Shown one piece after another: positions 46,849 to 60,300 of a stretch of DNA of 64,000 nt (position 1 is its first letter; each line of letters starts with the position of its first letter). The notes under the pieces are model-generated. The model was given only the letters and a program-made list of their open reading frames with translations. It was not told the DNA's origin and made no database searches. The stretch is taken from assembly GCA_965153285.1 (NCBI GenBank), contig OZ229111.1; one strand, written 5' to 3'. The stretch comes from Podarcis tiliguerta (taxonomy: Eukaryota). The translations under genes and the position numbers were made by a program.

Positions 46849-49800
46849 ATCAATTGGCCTGTGCAAGTCAGTAGTTTTTATCATAATGCATTTGCTGCAC
46901 GGACCAGGAATTAGGCTGCAACACTGGATACCTGCCAAAATTTGGATTTACCAGCCAGACCAGTGAAATAATATACTTTTGGCAACTTTATGGTCACAGC
47001 CTTTGTCATGCTCTGCCCTAGTCACAGTAAGATCAAAAGAGTCATGGGTGGGAGCAAGAAGAAAAATAAATAAGCCAATGAATGGAGCAAAGAAAAGCAA
47101 ACTGTTTATGAATATATATTACTGTATTGGGAGTTCATAGGATAGGATTAGGAAAAACGGCACCTCTACCTGCCTGTCACTTGCAAATTCTTATAACTGC
47201 TTAGAAGCTTACTGGAGGTCAGCACCAAACACCCAAACAGACTAATCTGCCTTATAGACACTTAATGAAAGTCACAAGGTTTTACATAATATATATTGGC
47301 GGCACAAGAAATGTTTGTTAGAGTAATTTGTCATCAGGATTAGACTTTGTGAAAGCGCCCATTGTTTGTTAACCTGTTTGGTGATTTTTGTTTTTTGTCC
47401 AACCCTTAGTATACCCAAGATTCTCCAAATAAATTACAATGGGGAACATGGAAACCAAGTCTTTGATGACTGGCACCAGCATCACCCAACACTAGCATAT
47501 GGAGGAAAAAATACTGTCATGATAATATCATTGTAATAAATCTACACAGCGCTTTTTTGTGGTGGGGGGAGGGGGAAGTATGCACTAGTACAGAGTACTA
47601 TACTGTTACCTCTTTTTTTCTGCCCATGGCAGTAATTTTGTGCTTGCAGCCACAGTACTTTCATCAAGACATGAGTATCGGCACCTCATTTCTTACCAAG
47701 AAAGAAGGAAAAAGCACTTGATGTACATCAGATAATTTAAAGGATTTGAGTTATACAGAACGCACATGCAAGCCTTGAAATGAGATGAAAATTGTTTTTT
47801 TAATTGTGGAGCTTCTCATGACAACATGTTCCTTTGTAATAAAATATATCCAAGGATAATGGTAATGGGTGTCATTCACACAGCCTACACAGTACAAATA
47901 AAGCGTATTTTGCCACCCCCACCACAATGGCTCTAAGGAGCTGGCAGAGATAGCAAAATCTATAGACAGGCTTCCACAGGCATAGATGTGCCTGTAATCT
48001 GCAGGCACCAAGGCCTAGACGTCTCTAAGGAGACCTAGTGAAGTCTGGCTCAATGGGGAACCGTTCTAGATCTAGATGGAAGATGCTATAGAATTATTAT
48101 TGAATTCTGCAATGGGTTAAGCCAAACAGATCCCAAAATCCACCACAGAATTCTAGAGACTTCCAGGAATTTGGTGGCCAGCCCAAGCAAGTTAGTAGGG
48201 TTTCAGTTGTTGTTTTTCTGGTATTCATAAAAGTATTGTGGCTGACCCTTGAAAACCTTAATATCGTTCATGCTTGTTTGTTCTATCAGCTATCTCAGGC
48301 CTTGCAAATTTATTTTTCATACACTGATATGCTGGAATTTTGTATATCATGTGTATTAACATAGCACGTGCCAAGTTATAGCTAAAGGGGAAATTCACAG
48401 ACTGGTATGAAATTTGAGTCAGTCCCCTTTCAAATAGTTTAAAATAATTAGACTGACAAATTAAGGATTTGGTTTCTGGTCTTAGAATACACATTGGTGA
48501 GCTTACCTCTGCAACTACAAAAGTTAGAAAGTCAATTAATTAAAGGAACACAGAATATTGGACAAGTCTAGTTCCTCACAGGAGATCAGGGCCACCACAC
48601 ATTGTTTTAGGGTTTCCATGCTTTACACAAGTCTGAATGTTTCGCCTGCCCCTTCTCAAGAACCAGACTGCTCCTGGTCTTTGCTATAGGCAACTAAAAT
48701 TTGATAGCAGTCACATTTTTTTGCTCTTGGCTAGGAAGTGAGCCTACCATGGCACTAGCCAATAGCTCCCATGCTGACACAAGCTACCTCATTTCTCCCC
48801 AGCTAGACAGGATTAGCACAAGTAATGCATGGCCTTCTTCCCCTCTCATTCTGTAAATATGTTAACAGCATCCATTACACTACTGAAACAAATTATTCAC
48901 TGCTCAGCAGAACCACACATCCCGTAGTTAGAATTTGTAGTCTACCTGCCTCTTACAGTTCAGAAGGAATGAGCCTAGTATTAATGAACCACCGTCCAGC
49001 TGGCAAGGACTTCCTTGCCAGGTTATTTTAGCAGACAATGAGAAAACAAATGGTGATTACTTGCAAGGTCTGTTCTCTAAAGATAAAGCTATGCAAGCAG
49101 AGACAATCTGCCGGAGCATAAATTATACTGCTAGGAACCGTCTGGCCCTACTAGAATATTACTGCTTCCCATCAAACAATGTGAGTGTGTTCAGGAAGTT
49201 CATAACATTATAATAAGTTCTCTGGCATTATAGATTTCCCCACACCACCACCCCTGCCCTGCCCTGAAAATAGAAAAAAGTTGACAGAGGACCCTGACTT
49301 CTCCTTATAGTATCTACATTTGAGTGAAAATGCTTAGGTAGGTGAACAATGGCAGATTTATGGTCTGTGGGGCCCTGTGTGCAGCTGTTTTGGGGGGACC
49401 CTAGTCATTCACCTAAATAAACAAGACTGGCAAGTCCTAGGCTCTGTGGTTTAACCCACAGCGCCACCCGTGTCCCTACCATTCTCTTGCTAGGCTGCTA
49501 TTGGTGTGTTTTTATTAAGTTATGCAATTAAGTATACTAAGGCTAACACTTATTTTCAATAACATTAAAACAGGGTGTTAATTTGTTTTCCATTAGTATA
49601 ACAGGTTATCAAGGTCGTTCATCTGCTGCTAGTTTCTGCTTTGCACTAAAAAAGTAACCAACCAATGCCAGCAAGCATTATTTTCTGATGTGGAGAGCCA
49701 AACAGCTGCTTTCAAAGGCTCCTTGGGAGGACCTTTGTCAATCTTAAATATGATCTCTTGATATATAACTCTTGATATATTTAACATTAGCAAAACAGTC

Positions 49801-51064
49801 AACAGCAGCAGTGCAGAGAAGGTAGATCATGCTGTTTTAATAATAATTTTATTGAGAGTTTTCAACATAAGATACAATAAAAACTAAACTAATATAAAAG
49901 AAAAAAGGAATGAATAATAGAGAAGGAAGGAAGGAATATATATCTCTCTATCTATATCTATCTAAAATACCAATCCCTCTATCACAATTATACCTTGATC
50001 CTTATTCAAACACACTGTAGATTGAACCCTCCCAGCTCTCATCTGGGAACTTCCCCCTTTTCCCTCAGCCTCACATCCTGAGGAAACCTCTCTGGCCTGC
50101 CTCTCACACAGGTTTCTTTATCCTCTGTCTATCACCCTCCTGTAAACATCCTCATACATCCTAAACATAAATCTTCAAAGACCAAAACATACATGCAAAT
50201 AGTACTAACAGCGAGCTATCATGGAGGTAGACCGTTTTAGACTGCAGCATGTTGCAAATATTATATTGCAGAGATATATGAACTTCATAGAATCATAACT
50301 TCCCAGCACTCTGTGAGGTTAACATACTGGTATTGTCTGCTAGGAAATAATAGTTCAAGCACAAGTCCTTTCCCTGCTTCCTGGGGGCATGCCCTCCCCC
50401 CCCCCCCCCGTGATCATTAATAAAGATATGTCACACAACAAGAGGGAGAGAGGGGCTAGCAAAGTTGCGACAAGGAAGGGAGAGTGACAAATCGTGCCAC
50501 AAGTATGTACCTGAAAATATGAAGAGCCTTGCTGGATCACACCAAAGGCCCATCAATCCGTCTCCACAATCCGTCCTCCCAGTGGCCCAAAAGCAGGCTA
50601 GGAGTGCCACAGCAGTCTTCCTGAGCAGCACAACAATTTAATGCAATTTAGATCAATTAGTGCAAGTTAGAACAAGGATGGGTAACCTGGGTGCCACCCT
50701 AAACTGTGCCTCTCAACTCTATATGGTGCTTCAGCCTTTAAAAATATAGACACTGTGTGGGGAAAAACCTGCTTAGGTTGCTTCTATCGTCAAGCAACAC
50801 CTGAACGCCTGGTTCCATCTCCGTTTGTCATGTAAACAGAGCAAGCAAAGCAAAAGCATTAAGAGGCTGCACTACAAATCAGTTAGTCCCGGAACTGAAA
50901 CTCAATTCTACCATGCACTCAACTATACAGCCTTGGGCAAGTCCCTGTCTCTCAACCTCAGTCCCCTCTCTGTAATATAGGGACAAAATATTACACTCCC
51001 TGGAAGAATTATAACAATACACTACCTATAATGTAGTGTATTGTTATAATTCTTCCTATAATGT

Positions 51065-51370
51065 GGGACACGGGACTTGCCAATCAAAAGGTCGGTGGTT
51101 CGAATCCCTGTGACAGGGTGAGCCCCCGTTGCTTGGTCCTTGCTCCTGCCAACCTAGCAGTTCAAAGGCACGTCAAAGTGCAAGTAGATAAATAGGTACC
51201 GCTCCGGCGGGAAGGTAAACTGCATTTCCGTGAGCTGCTCTTAGTCATGCTGGCCACATGACCTGGAAGCTGTACGGCGGCTCCCTCGGCCAATAAAGCG
51301 AGATGAGCACCACAACCCCAGAGTTGGCAACGACTGGACCTAATGGTCAGGGGTCCCTTTACCTTTTACC
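51065..51370 (+). mobile_element. Sauria SINE with internal deletions
   Basis: GGGACACGGG head; GGTTCGAATCCC B box; CAAGTAGATAAATAGGTACCGC core; CCTTTACCTTTTACC tail; flanked by (CC)TATAATGT direct repeats. Confidence 0.9.
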
Positions 51371-52374
51371 TATAATGTACTCTGAATTAATATAGGATTG
51401 TTATAGCATTTATTTTTAAGGGCTTCATCCCACAGAGTTGCTGGAGCTGCCTAAGCATTGCACAAAGGAAAACCTGTACTAAACTACCAAGCTATTTAAG
51501 GAAAACATAACTATTATCCAAGGAGCCAAAGACTTTGCCTTTCAACAGCAGCAGCAGCAGCAGCAGCAGCCAGTCTGATACATCATTTGTTTGGGATTCA
51601 TTCACACATTGCTTTGCACTGAGAGAAGAAGGGGTGGGTGTGACCTTGCCTGCCTCTGTCCTCATGCCAGGGACATTCATGATGTAATGAATATATATCA
51701 CTCTGGTGCAAGGCAACAGGAACAGGTGCAGATTCCTTTTCCTCCTAAGCTAGGGAACTTTGAGATCAAGTTACCTCCAGCAGAAGGACTGGGGGCATTA
51801 TTAGCAAATGTTTTCTCTCTGAACCAATCATATGGTAAGATGATGGGCAGAAAAGAAAGCAATTGTGGTTCGCAGCTGTATAAGACAATCACTCTAAGTC
51901 ACCAGTGAAGAGGTTTAGAAGGATGACATATTGTGACATAAAGGGGAAAATAAAACCAGTTAATATCACATATGGCAATGTGTTACGTTACACGTGCAAT
52001 GTAAGCTAAACTATTCTGGCTGCCCAATCACACACATGATAGGCAAACATGAGTTCTGTGTTGAGAACAAATTCTGCAAGGTAGGAACATTACAAAATAA
52101 TAATAATAATAATAATAATAACATGTGTAACACTTTTTTATTACACTTCCTATTTTGTCAGAATTCAAACTATTTTAGAAAGGACTTGGCTTTTAAGTAG
52201 AGAAGAATTTGTGGATTTGGTCAGGAGAAGAGAGATTGGGGTACTGTGAGACAAGTGAACGACACAGCAACATAGCTTACTTTAAATTTCCAGCATATAC
52301 CACCCAGATGTCTTAAATTCTTCTTCACAACCATGTGAACCAGAAGCTTCTCATTTAAAAAAGGCAGCTCATAG

Positions 52375-52460
52375 TGCAATCCTCTATTTGTCTACTTAGA
52401 AGTAAGCCCCACTGAGTTCAAGGGGACTTACTCTGACATAAGTGAGTAGAGGATTGTAGC
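52375..52460. mobile_element. Short palindromic lizard repeat (copies ~9612-9665, ~20538-20620, ~26748-26830)
   Basis: TGCAATCCT...AGAAGTAAGCCCCACTGAGTTCAAGGGGACTTACTC...AGGATTGTA, self-complementary and recurring four times. Confidence 0.7.
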
Positions 52461-53272
52461 CTAAGTTTAGCTAAATGAATTCATCTCCCAAATCCTCAGC
52501 ACATTCTTCTTGCAGACACATGGAGTATGAACAGCTGTTTCTCAGTTCTCCCTTAACTCCATCTCTCTGTTTGTACAGGATCTCGTTCTATAGCCATTTC
52601 TCAATCTCAGCAGGTTAACTGGGCCCTGCTGTAGTATGTGCAATGATGATATACTTGTCTCTAATTCCACAGTATAATTCACCAGTCACATTCTACCACA
52701 ACTCCTCTCGGAGACCGTTTTACGCTATAAAGCATCTTTGTTTAGTCAACCGAAACACCAATACATGCGACTTTGTTGTTAGCAGAGCTGTAAGAATTTT
52801 AAGTACTGCCTGGGAATGTGTCATACTGAGCTGCTTTTTTTATAAAAAAAAATTAAGCTTTCACAGGATGTAGTAGATATCTGTGCCAAAAGCTAATGAA
52901 TAAAATATTTGGATTACAACAATGTTTTTCTACATGCGTTTTCTGGGCTTGTAATCTTTCTGAAAGAAGAAAGCAACCTAAACTATTGTCTGATGTCTAC
53001 TTGTAAAAGTGAGAGGGTTCCTCTTTTTAAAAAAAACACAAAAAACCCCACTATATGCATTAAATTTACAGTTTGTGGAAGGTGAGCAGAAAAAAGCAGA
53101 AAATGTTAAAATTCATTAGGAAGAATGCGTGATGCAAAGTGTTGCACTGATTAGCAGTTTATTCCAAATCTCTTCATAGAGGAACTCAGACAGTTTAATT
53201 GCTTTAACGGCTCGAAGTCTTTTTGAAGAAAGGCAATAAAAAAATGTTTTAAACAAACAAATAAATAAATTA

Positions 53273-53303
<31 letters not shown>

Positions 53304-54638
53304 GGACTTAACGAAATGCCCATCGGTATGTTGCGTTGGTTTAAGTGCAGGGAGGACATGTATACTGCAGGATCCCGCAAAGTATGCACATTGCATCTCT
53401 CAGCCCAAAGACAAGCAACACCTCTACAAAGACCCTACTGGAGGAGACTGAGCAACCCACTGCCAGGGTCACAGGAGCGGGGGGGGGGGGGTTGTTTTGT
53501 CCCCACTGCAACATTATCCACAAATTAGTTAATGGCAGCCATCCGATGGCCATATGATGGCTTCAATTGTGCAAACTGTATTACACACAGTACTTCCACT
53601 GTTCAGATCATTTACAGCAAGACTGAATCTATGGGATGAGTCGTGAACAAAGGCTGCCTGAGGATACTGGTGCGAACTTTGATAATATATGTGCCGTGGC
53701 TGGAAATTAACATTCCGTAATGACATACAGTTCCCTTCAAAGCAGCATAATATGCTAACCAAGAAAAATATTTAGAAAGCTGTGAATAGAAAACTGCTCT
53801 GCAACCCATAGTATCATGCCCGAAGCCATAAATCTCTGTAGGGTACCAGCATTTCTGTAAGCAGCTCAAATTTTACGTTGTTTCGTTTGGTTTTCAACAT
53901 GTAGTTCCCTACATTCACTTCTTCTTATCGTTCAAGTTCTATAGTGCTGGTAGCTACCTCAGTATTTGTAGCCTAGTTGTTCTCATGCCCCTGTACCTGA
54001 ATATTTTCTCTATCTTGAGGTAAACACATCCGGTGTTATTTGCAAAAGGTCTCATGAAATTATTATCTTCAGTTGGTGTCAACAGAAGTGTTCTCAGAGA
54101 TTTCTCTAAACCTCTGGTTGGCTAGCTGCGTGTATGTGTATTAAAAGTAATAAATATAATATTTGAGGGCCCCCCATGGGCACATATGAAGCTGTATTCT
54201 GTGCATGTATGCTTTGCACCTCCCTGTGATGCTGACTGGCTGAGGTTTGGCGGGAACCTCCAATGACTTCCACAGGGAGGCGGGCCAGCCCAAACAGCTG
54301 ATGGTTCCCACATGACCAAGGTGCTGCGTGCAAAGGGCGCCCATAACGGAAGGTGTGAGCCGCTCATTGTCAAGAAACTACGGGATCAATGTGTTTTGTG
54401 GCTAAGTTGTGTGAATGCAACTTCAAAAACTAGCAGTGGGAGCACAATGGAGTTGGAGTAAGCAGTAATGGGAGCACACTCTAAGTCAGACTCTGTATAT
54501 TTCCACCCTTCTTGGTGTGTAGCACAGCCAACTCTTAAAATGAACAGTTCTAGTACCTGTACAGGGCCTGTAGCGAGTGCAATAGTGGAGCCTGGAGACA
54601 GAGCCAAATGAGACATAGTCTAACAGGAAACTATACTA

Positions 54639-54880
54639 CAGTGGTACCTCGGGTTACATACACTTCAGGTTACATACTCTTCAGGTTACAGACTCCGTTA
54701 ACCCAGAAATATTACCTCGGGTTAAGAACTTTGCTTCAGGATGGGAACAGAAATCGTGCAGCGGCACCGCAGTGGCAGCAGGAGGCCCCATTAGCTAAAG
54801 TGGTGCTTCAGGTTAAGAACAGTTTCAGGTTAAGAACAGACCTCCAGAACGAATGAAGTACTTAACCCGAGGTACCACTG
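54639..54880. mobile_element. Complete Tigger-like MITE
   Basis: Perfect 18-bp TIRs CAGTGGTACCTCGGGTTA / TAACCCGAGGTACCACTG with TA target duplication. Confidence 0.92.
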
Positions 54881-57295
54881 TATTAGTTAAGGAGTGACTT
54901 CACACAGCCAGGGGCGGCATGTCCTACTTCACCGCTTCACGTGAAACAAGAAGTGCCTCCTTGCCCTGCCCTGCCACTCCCACTGGCGCCGCCACACCTG
55001 CTGCTCTTGGTACCCCTTCTCCACCCTCCCTGATGCCTTCCCCACTGGTGGAGAAGCAGTGCCTGTGTCAGCACCAATTTGGGGCAAGATCTCACACTAT
55101 TTTGGCCAATACTTCTGTGCTGGTGGCAGGGCACCCGCAAGGCTGCCAACCGTGGGGGGTTCTGCCACCTGAGGTGACAGCCTCAGCCTGCTTTATGGCA
55201 GAGCCAGCTCTGCACACAGCAATTTATTGTGGCCCTGGTGCTGCTCCTGCATGCAAGTTTTGCAAAGCATCCACAAAATGCCCTCATCAAAATGCCATCA
55301 CATATTTTCTCCCATTTAATCAGGTTTGCTATTTCTGTTGGTTACTTACCAGATTTCCCACAGAAAGAGTAGGTCCGGATTAAATGGGGAAAGTGATATA
55401 GAATAGCTTTTAACAAATAAACATGAGAAGTGCTATTCCTTTTAGATTTCCTAGGAGTTTTCAACCAAGTCTCAAGTTTTCTTAGTGAGTCATAGAAAAT
55501 GACTCAACAACCATGATTCATAACAGATCAACATTTGGTGAGTGATACAAGTGCCTGCCCCCTCCCCCCCTCCTAGTCAGCTTTAAACTGTTGGAATTAA
55601 GTTGTAGCAGTTATAAATTTCTTCGAACGTACAGGAAACACATTCAAAGAACACAATCTACGTGCAAGTGTGCTCAGTGGTTTCACTGGCATAAATCTTT
55701 TAATATAATTATGCTATTTGAATCTTGCAAATCATTTTGCCCTGGTAACCATTAGATAAATTTTATACCACTGCTCTCTGCTTACCTCTATGACATGTTT
55801 GCTTCTGTACACCACAAGCAATGTGATTAAGACTGAAATGTACCACCTTCTGGTTGGGGATACCACTTCGCAGCATTCAGAGATCTTCAACCATCTCAAC
55901 AACACTCAACCTACAGAGGCCTCTGCCTATTTCTGTTTCAAAACTCAAAGATAAGGATTATGTTATTATGAACTACTATGAATTGATATACATACAAGTG
56001 CTGAGAGCATCCACAGAAAGACTAGGAAAAATGCCCTTCTTCTGGAGCACGGAGCACGGAGTACTTAGGTATCAGAAAGTGACGGCTGAAGGTGGATCAA
56101 AAGTGACCTCATCACCAAGGTGCCAGGCCAAGACATTTTGCTGCCTGAGGTGGTATGCCATATGGCACCCACATGCACACATGGTAGGACCAACATTTTT
56201 AAAATTATTGCCGCAACATTCAGACAGTTCCTGCTTTAATCTATTCCTCCTAGATTCTTCCCTCTTGAGACATGGTAGGGCCAGTTCTGGAAAGTTAGTC
56301 AAAATCTGTCAGCTTCTGTCTACTGTCTACTGTGATTTCCAGATAAAGCTCAGTAAGGGGGGGGGGAGAGAGAGAGCACCTGGTAGATTGCCCGTTGGAT
56401 ACTGGACCCAATTATTCTCTTTGTGATGCCTGCCACACAGTGTCACAAATCACTCCATTTAAGTTAAGGCAGACTAATCAATCCCAAGCCGTTTTCATGT
56501 GATCAGGTCACCAAATGTGACATGAGGAAGTACGTGCAGACTGGGATTTTGCAAAGTACTTCGTGGAAATAAGAGCCATGATAATAAGTGGTGTAGGATG
56601 CAAGCGCTGGTGTGAGTGCAGCGCAAGTCATACGGTGGTGCAATAAGTTCAAGAAAATGATGCCTACGGGGACAGCTATATCACCCTACATTGAGCCCTG
56701 CCTTTATTCTTCACTTAATTTTTCAAAGAATTGTACTGTTCCCTTCATTCAGTGGATTCCAACAGATACCTTATCTACAACAGCCTGCAACCTAGACAAA
56801 AATATGTTCAATGGAGTCCCACCAACAACCACCAACAGAAGGTTTTTTAAAAAAAATGCCCTGCAGTGCTAAGGGAAGGGAACCATACACACAGACGGCT
56901 GTCAATCATACTGGGCCTGAAGTCCATATGTCGCAATGTAATGATCTTACCAGTTAATCTAATCCTGGATGCATTGGCTAGTTTCTAAAGAGAGAGGAGC
57001 CAGGTTTCAAGTCTTTGACCTGGCAGTAGAAGGCAGGGAATCTAAAATATGTACTCAGCTATTCCAACTGATACACACAGGACAAGTTTGTGATGTTTCA
57101 TTTGTCCATATCTTGCACATTTCATTCATTCTTCCTGATACAAGAAGTGATGTACAAAACAGGGTACTACTCAACTGGTGCACAGATTATGCAACAGCAT
57201 TGTGGTAAATTGCCATGATGAAGACCAACATCCCACATGTCTCTAAAATTTGATGTGTACACAACTGTGCAAATGAAACAAAAGTTTGGCTAGGA

Positions 57296-57368
57296 CTTCT
57301 ATTTACTTCTATTTACTTCAAGCATTTCTTCTATTTACTTCTATTTACTTCTATTTACTTCAAGCATT
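57296..57368. repeat. Higher-order minisatellite of a 10-bp unit CTTCTATTTA
   Basis: (CTTCTATTTA)2 CTTCAAGCATTT (CTTCTATTTA)3 CTTCAAGCATT. Confidence 0.9.
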
Positions 57369-60300
57369 GTCTACACTTCCACCTATGTATTCAATAAACT
57401 TCTCGGTGGGCTTTTTCTTCTTCTTCTTCTTCTTTTTTTGCTAATGTGCATTCAATGGAGAATCACAGGAAGATGCAGGAAAATGTATGCAACAGAGGAA
57501 GGGAGGTGTAATCAAATGATGATACATGCAATAGAAGATCACAGATGCAGAGAACAAAAGACAATTATGCTCTGGAGCCAAGTGAGGATTCCCAGGTAAG
57601 ATCCTCCCTCTATTGTGTGGGCAGGTAATCCCTCCCCTACCTGGCCTGGTCTCCTTAGCAACACTTCCCCCTGGTGGGATTGGACAACTGACTGAGGTAG
57701 GCGGAGACCTCCAGGTATCCCACCTGGGGGAAGGTGAAGCCAAGCCTATGTTGATGGAGCCGCTCCAGATCCAGGGGCTGCGCTTGTCCACGCAAAGGGC
57801 GCCCCCCATTTTATGCGGGGAGCGGTCATTATGCTTTCAGCAGTATAAACCCAAACTGCACAAATTATAAAAGGGACATCCTTCAGCATTGAATAACTAT
57901 TATACATATTATTTCAGAACTCTGTTTCTCTGAAAGCTGACCAGAGTCAAAGCATCTTCTAGAAGCATTGTGAGTCTTCCTGATCTGACCTGGATTTTGT
58001 GACCAGGTCAGCACACCAGTTAAGGGACGGGGATGAAAGATACATACAGATTGAGGAAGGAGGAGAAGGACAAGCGCACTTCCCCTTGGAGCGCGCGTAC
58101 ATGGATAAATGCTGTTCTTCTGGCATTCCAGACATCTACTGATGCAAGCTGGCTCACATACATGCACCTTGAAAATGGCAGTGCCTGTTTTTCACCCACC
58201 CCAGCATACAGAGAAGCAGCTCACCCAAAGCATAATGCCACACTTCTAGACTAGGAAACAGGACATCTAGAACACACATTATTCCTTTTGAGTCTGCTGG
58301 AAAGGCACTACTAGCAATGCTGCCACCGCCATTCCCATCACAGCTGAACCAGAGACAAATGCGTAATGAGAGTTCACTTCTGAGATTTATAAACAACACA
58401 TTTTAGCTTGGCTGCACCTCCTGCAGCCTACATACCAACATGGTAGTGCACTACGAAGCTCTAAAATCTGAAAAACCATGTTGTCCAGAAGTATGCAGAA
58501 CAGTGGCACTAGTCTGTGATATGGGCAACATAGTGCAGCCGGCCATACATCGTCTCTACCACTGTGCACAAAAGCACAGTACGCTGTGGCATACAGGTAA
58601 CTTCTCTCTTTGCAAATGTACCCTTATGAAACTCTGGTTTATCAGTTTTAGCCTTGTCTTTGGTCTAGGTTCAAGGACAAAGCAACAGCACCTCCTGGAT
58701 GTGCCCCAGGGACGTAGAATCATATTAGGCAGTCCCGTGGTGTGGGGAATGCAACTCCGGCATACTGAGACGGGCTTGCTCGCTAGAACCTAAATGCAGC
58801 AGAACCCATCCTTCTACTCTCCACCATCTTGCATCAGTTATGAGCTGAAGGCCTCAGAAACTCAAGTTCCCACTAGAAGAGCCTGACTCTGGAAGGTAAT
58901 ATCCTTAAATCCAAACTCAACAAGCCAGAGCCTGACTTGAAGAGGATCGAAACATTCAGGGGAGATACGTTATATGTGTTCCACACCATGCCAAAACCCA
59001 CACGAGAAAGCCTCCGACTTCAGCAAGAGAGATGTGAAGAAGTAGCTCTTCTGTGCACCCATGGATGTTGGTTTCCCAAACAGGTGGGTGAGGGCAGGGG
59101 GGACGGCATACAGGACCCACTTTTCTTGAAATGGGGCTGGGGGAGGAGGTTTCAGAAACTGCACGCTGAGGCTCTGAGAAGGGTCTGCTGCTGCTGCTCA
59201 ATATCAAAAGTCCCACTGGGCATGAACAGGCCCTCTCTGCCTCACCTAAAGCAGCTTCTTGGATTCCATCCAGCACATGCTTTTCATAGCAGGCGCCGAG
59301 AGGGAACAAAAACCTGGGGGGTGGTGGTGGTGGTGGTGGGGAGCCGCAGCCACCTTCCCTGCCCCAAACTCCTTTACTATCAGACGTCTCCAAGTCCTCT
59401 CTCGTTGGCCCCTGCGAATGAGATTACCCTTCTTCTTGGTGGGCAATACAAACCCTTCCTTATCAGGATCCAGGGCGGAGGGAACTTAACTGTTGATTGT
59501 GTTTTCCCCCATGTCTCCCCCTCCTCTATGCAAGAAAAAAAATGCAGTACATTCCTTTATGCAGGTTTCCATAGAGTTAAACTGTTCCTATTTTTTTCCC
59601 CTTAAAGAGGTCAGCAAAAAGTCGTACAATAGGGGTCTCATGTGCGTGAACTGTGAAGGAATTTTTAAAAATTTCCCATGGTGGGGTTGGAGTGCAGCGG
59701 AAAAAAAGAAAGAAACTTGGGGGGAAAAGATAAATAAAGCAGACTAGGGACTTGGGGCGGGGGGTAATTTGTAAAGACGTCTTGCCTTCCAGATCCGACG
59801 CTGAAACATGCTATTCCCTCCCTCCACATTTCTTTCTTCTTTTTAATCAGAAGTTATATTTAAGCTTTTAATTGCTTCAGCCTTATTAAGCTGCTCCTTT
59901 TAAACAAGCGGTTGCATGTATTTCCCTGGCATAGGGAAATCCCTCCGACTGTAGGTTCATATTATTTAGACAAGCACTCTTTCAGAAGTAAATGCCATTC
60001 TTAGCATAGGGAAGTACTTTAGGTCTAAAGGGGTTAAGAAGGCCTCCCTTCCATTCAGAAACATGCAGGGGTCCCACCGTGGCAGTTCCAGCCTTAAAAG
60101 TCTTTCCAGCTTTTTTTCCCCCCTTGTAACAAATCTGTACGACTGCCACCAGGACATAAGAAGCGTGTGCCTGTCACAGAAATAGAGTTTACTTTTTCCA
60201 ACTTGTTGTACAGAGGCAGGGTATAAATACAGCGAACTCTGGCTTGGACTGAGAGCCTTTTGCTTAAAATAAGGGGGCTCCTTCCCAAGACTTTTAATCC

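Noticed and set aside
57296-57368. Repeat-spacer-like pattern resembling a CRISPR array
   Set aside because: Eukaryotic context; 10-bp units with identical interruptions indicate a slippage minisatellite.
58937-59605. 222-aa ORF, the longest in the track
   Set aside because: Non-ATG start, no recognisable domain, includes a simple repeat, and has no coherent splice structure; the same applies to 55854..56426 and 13901..14455.
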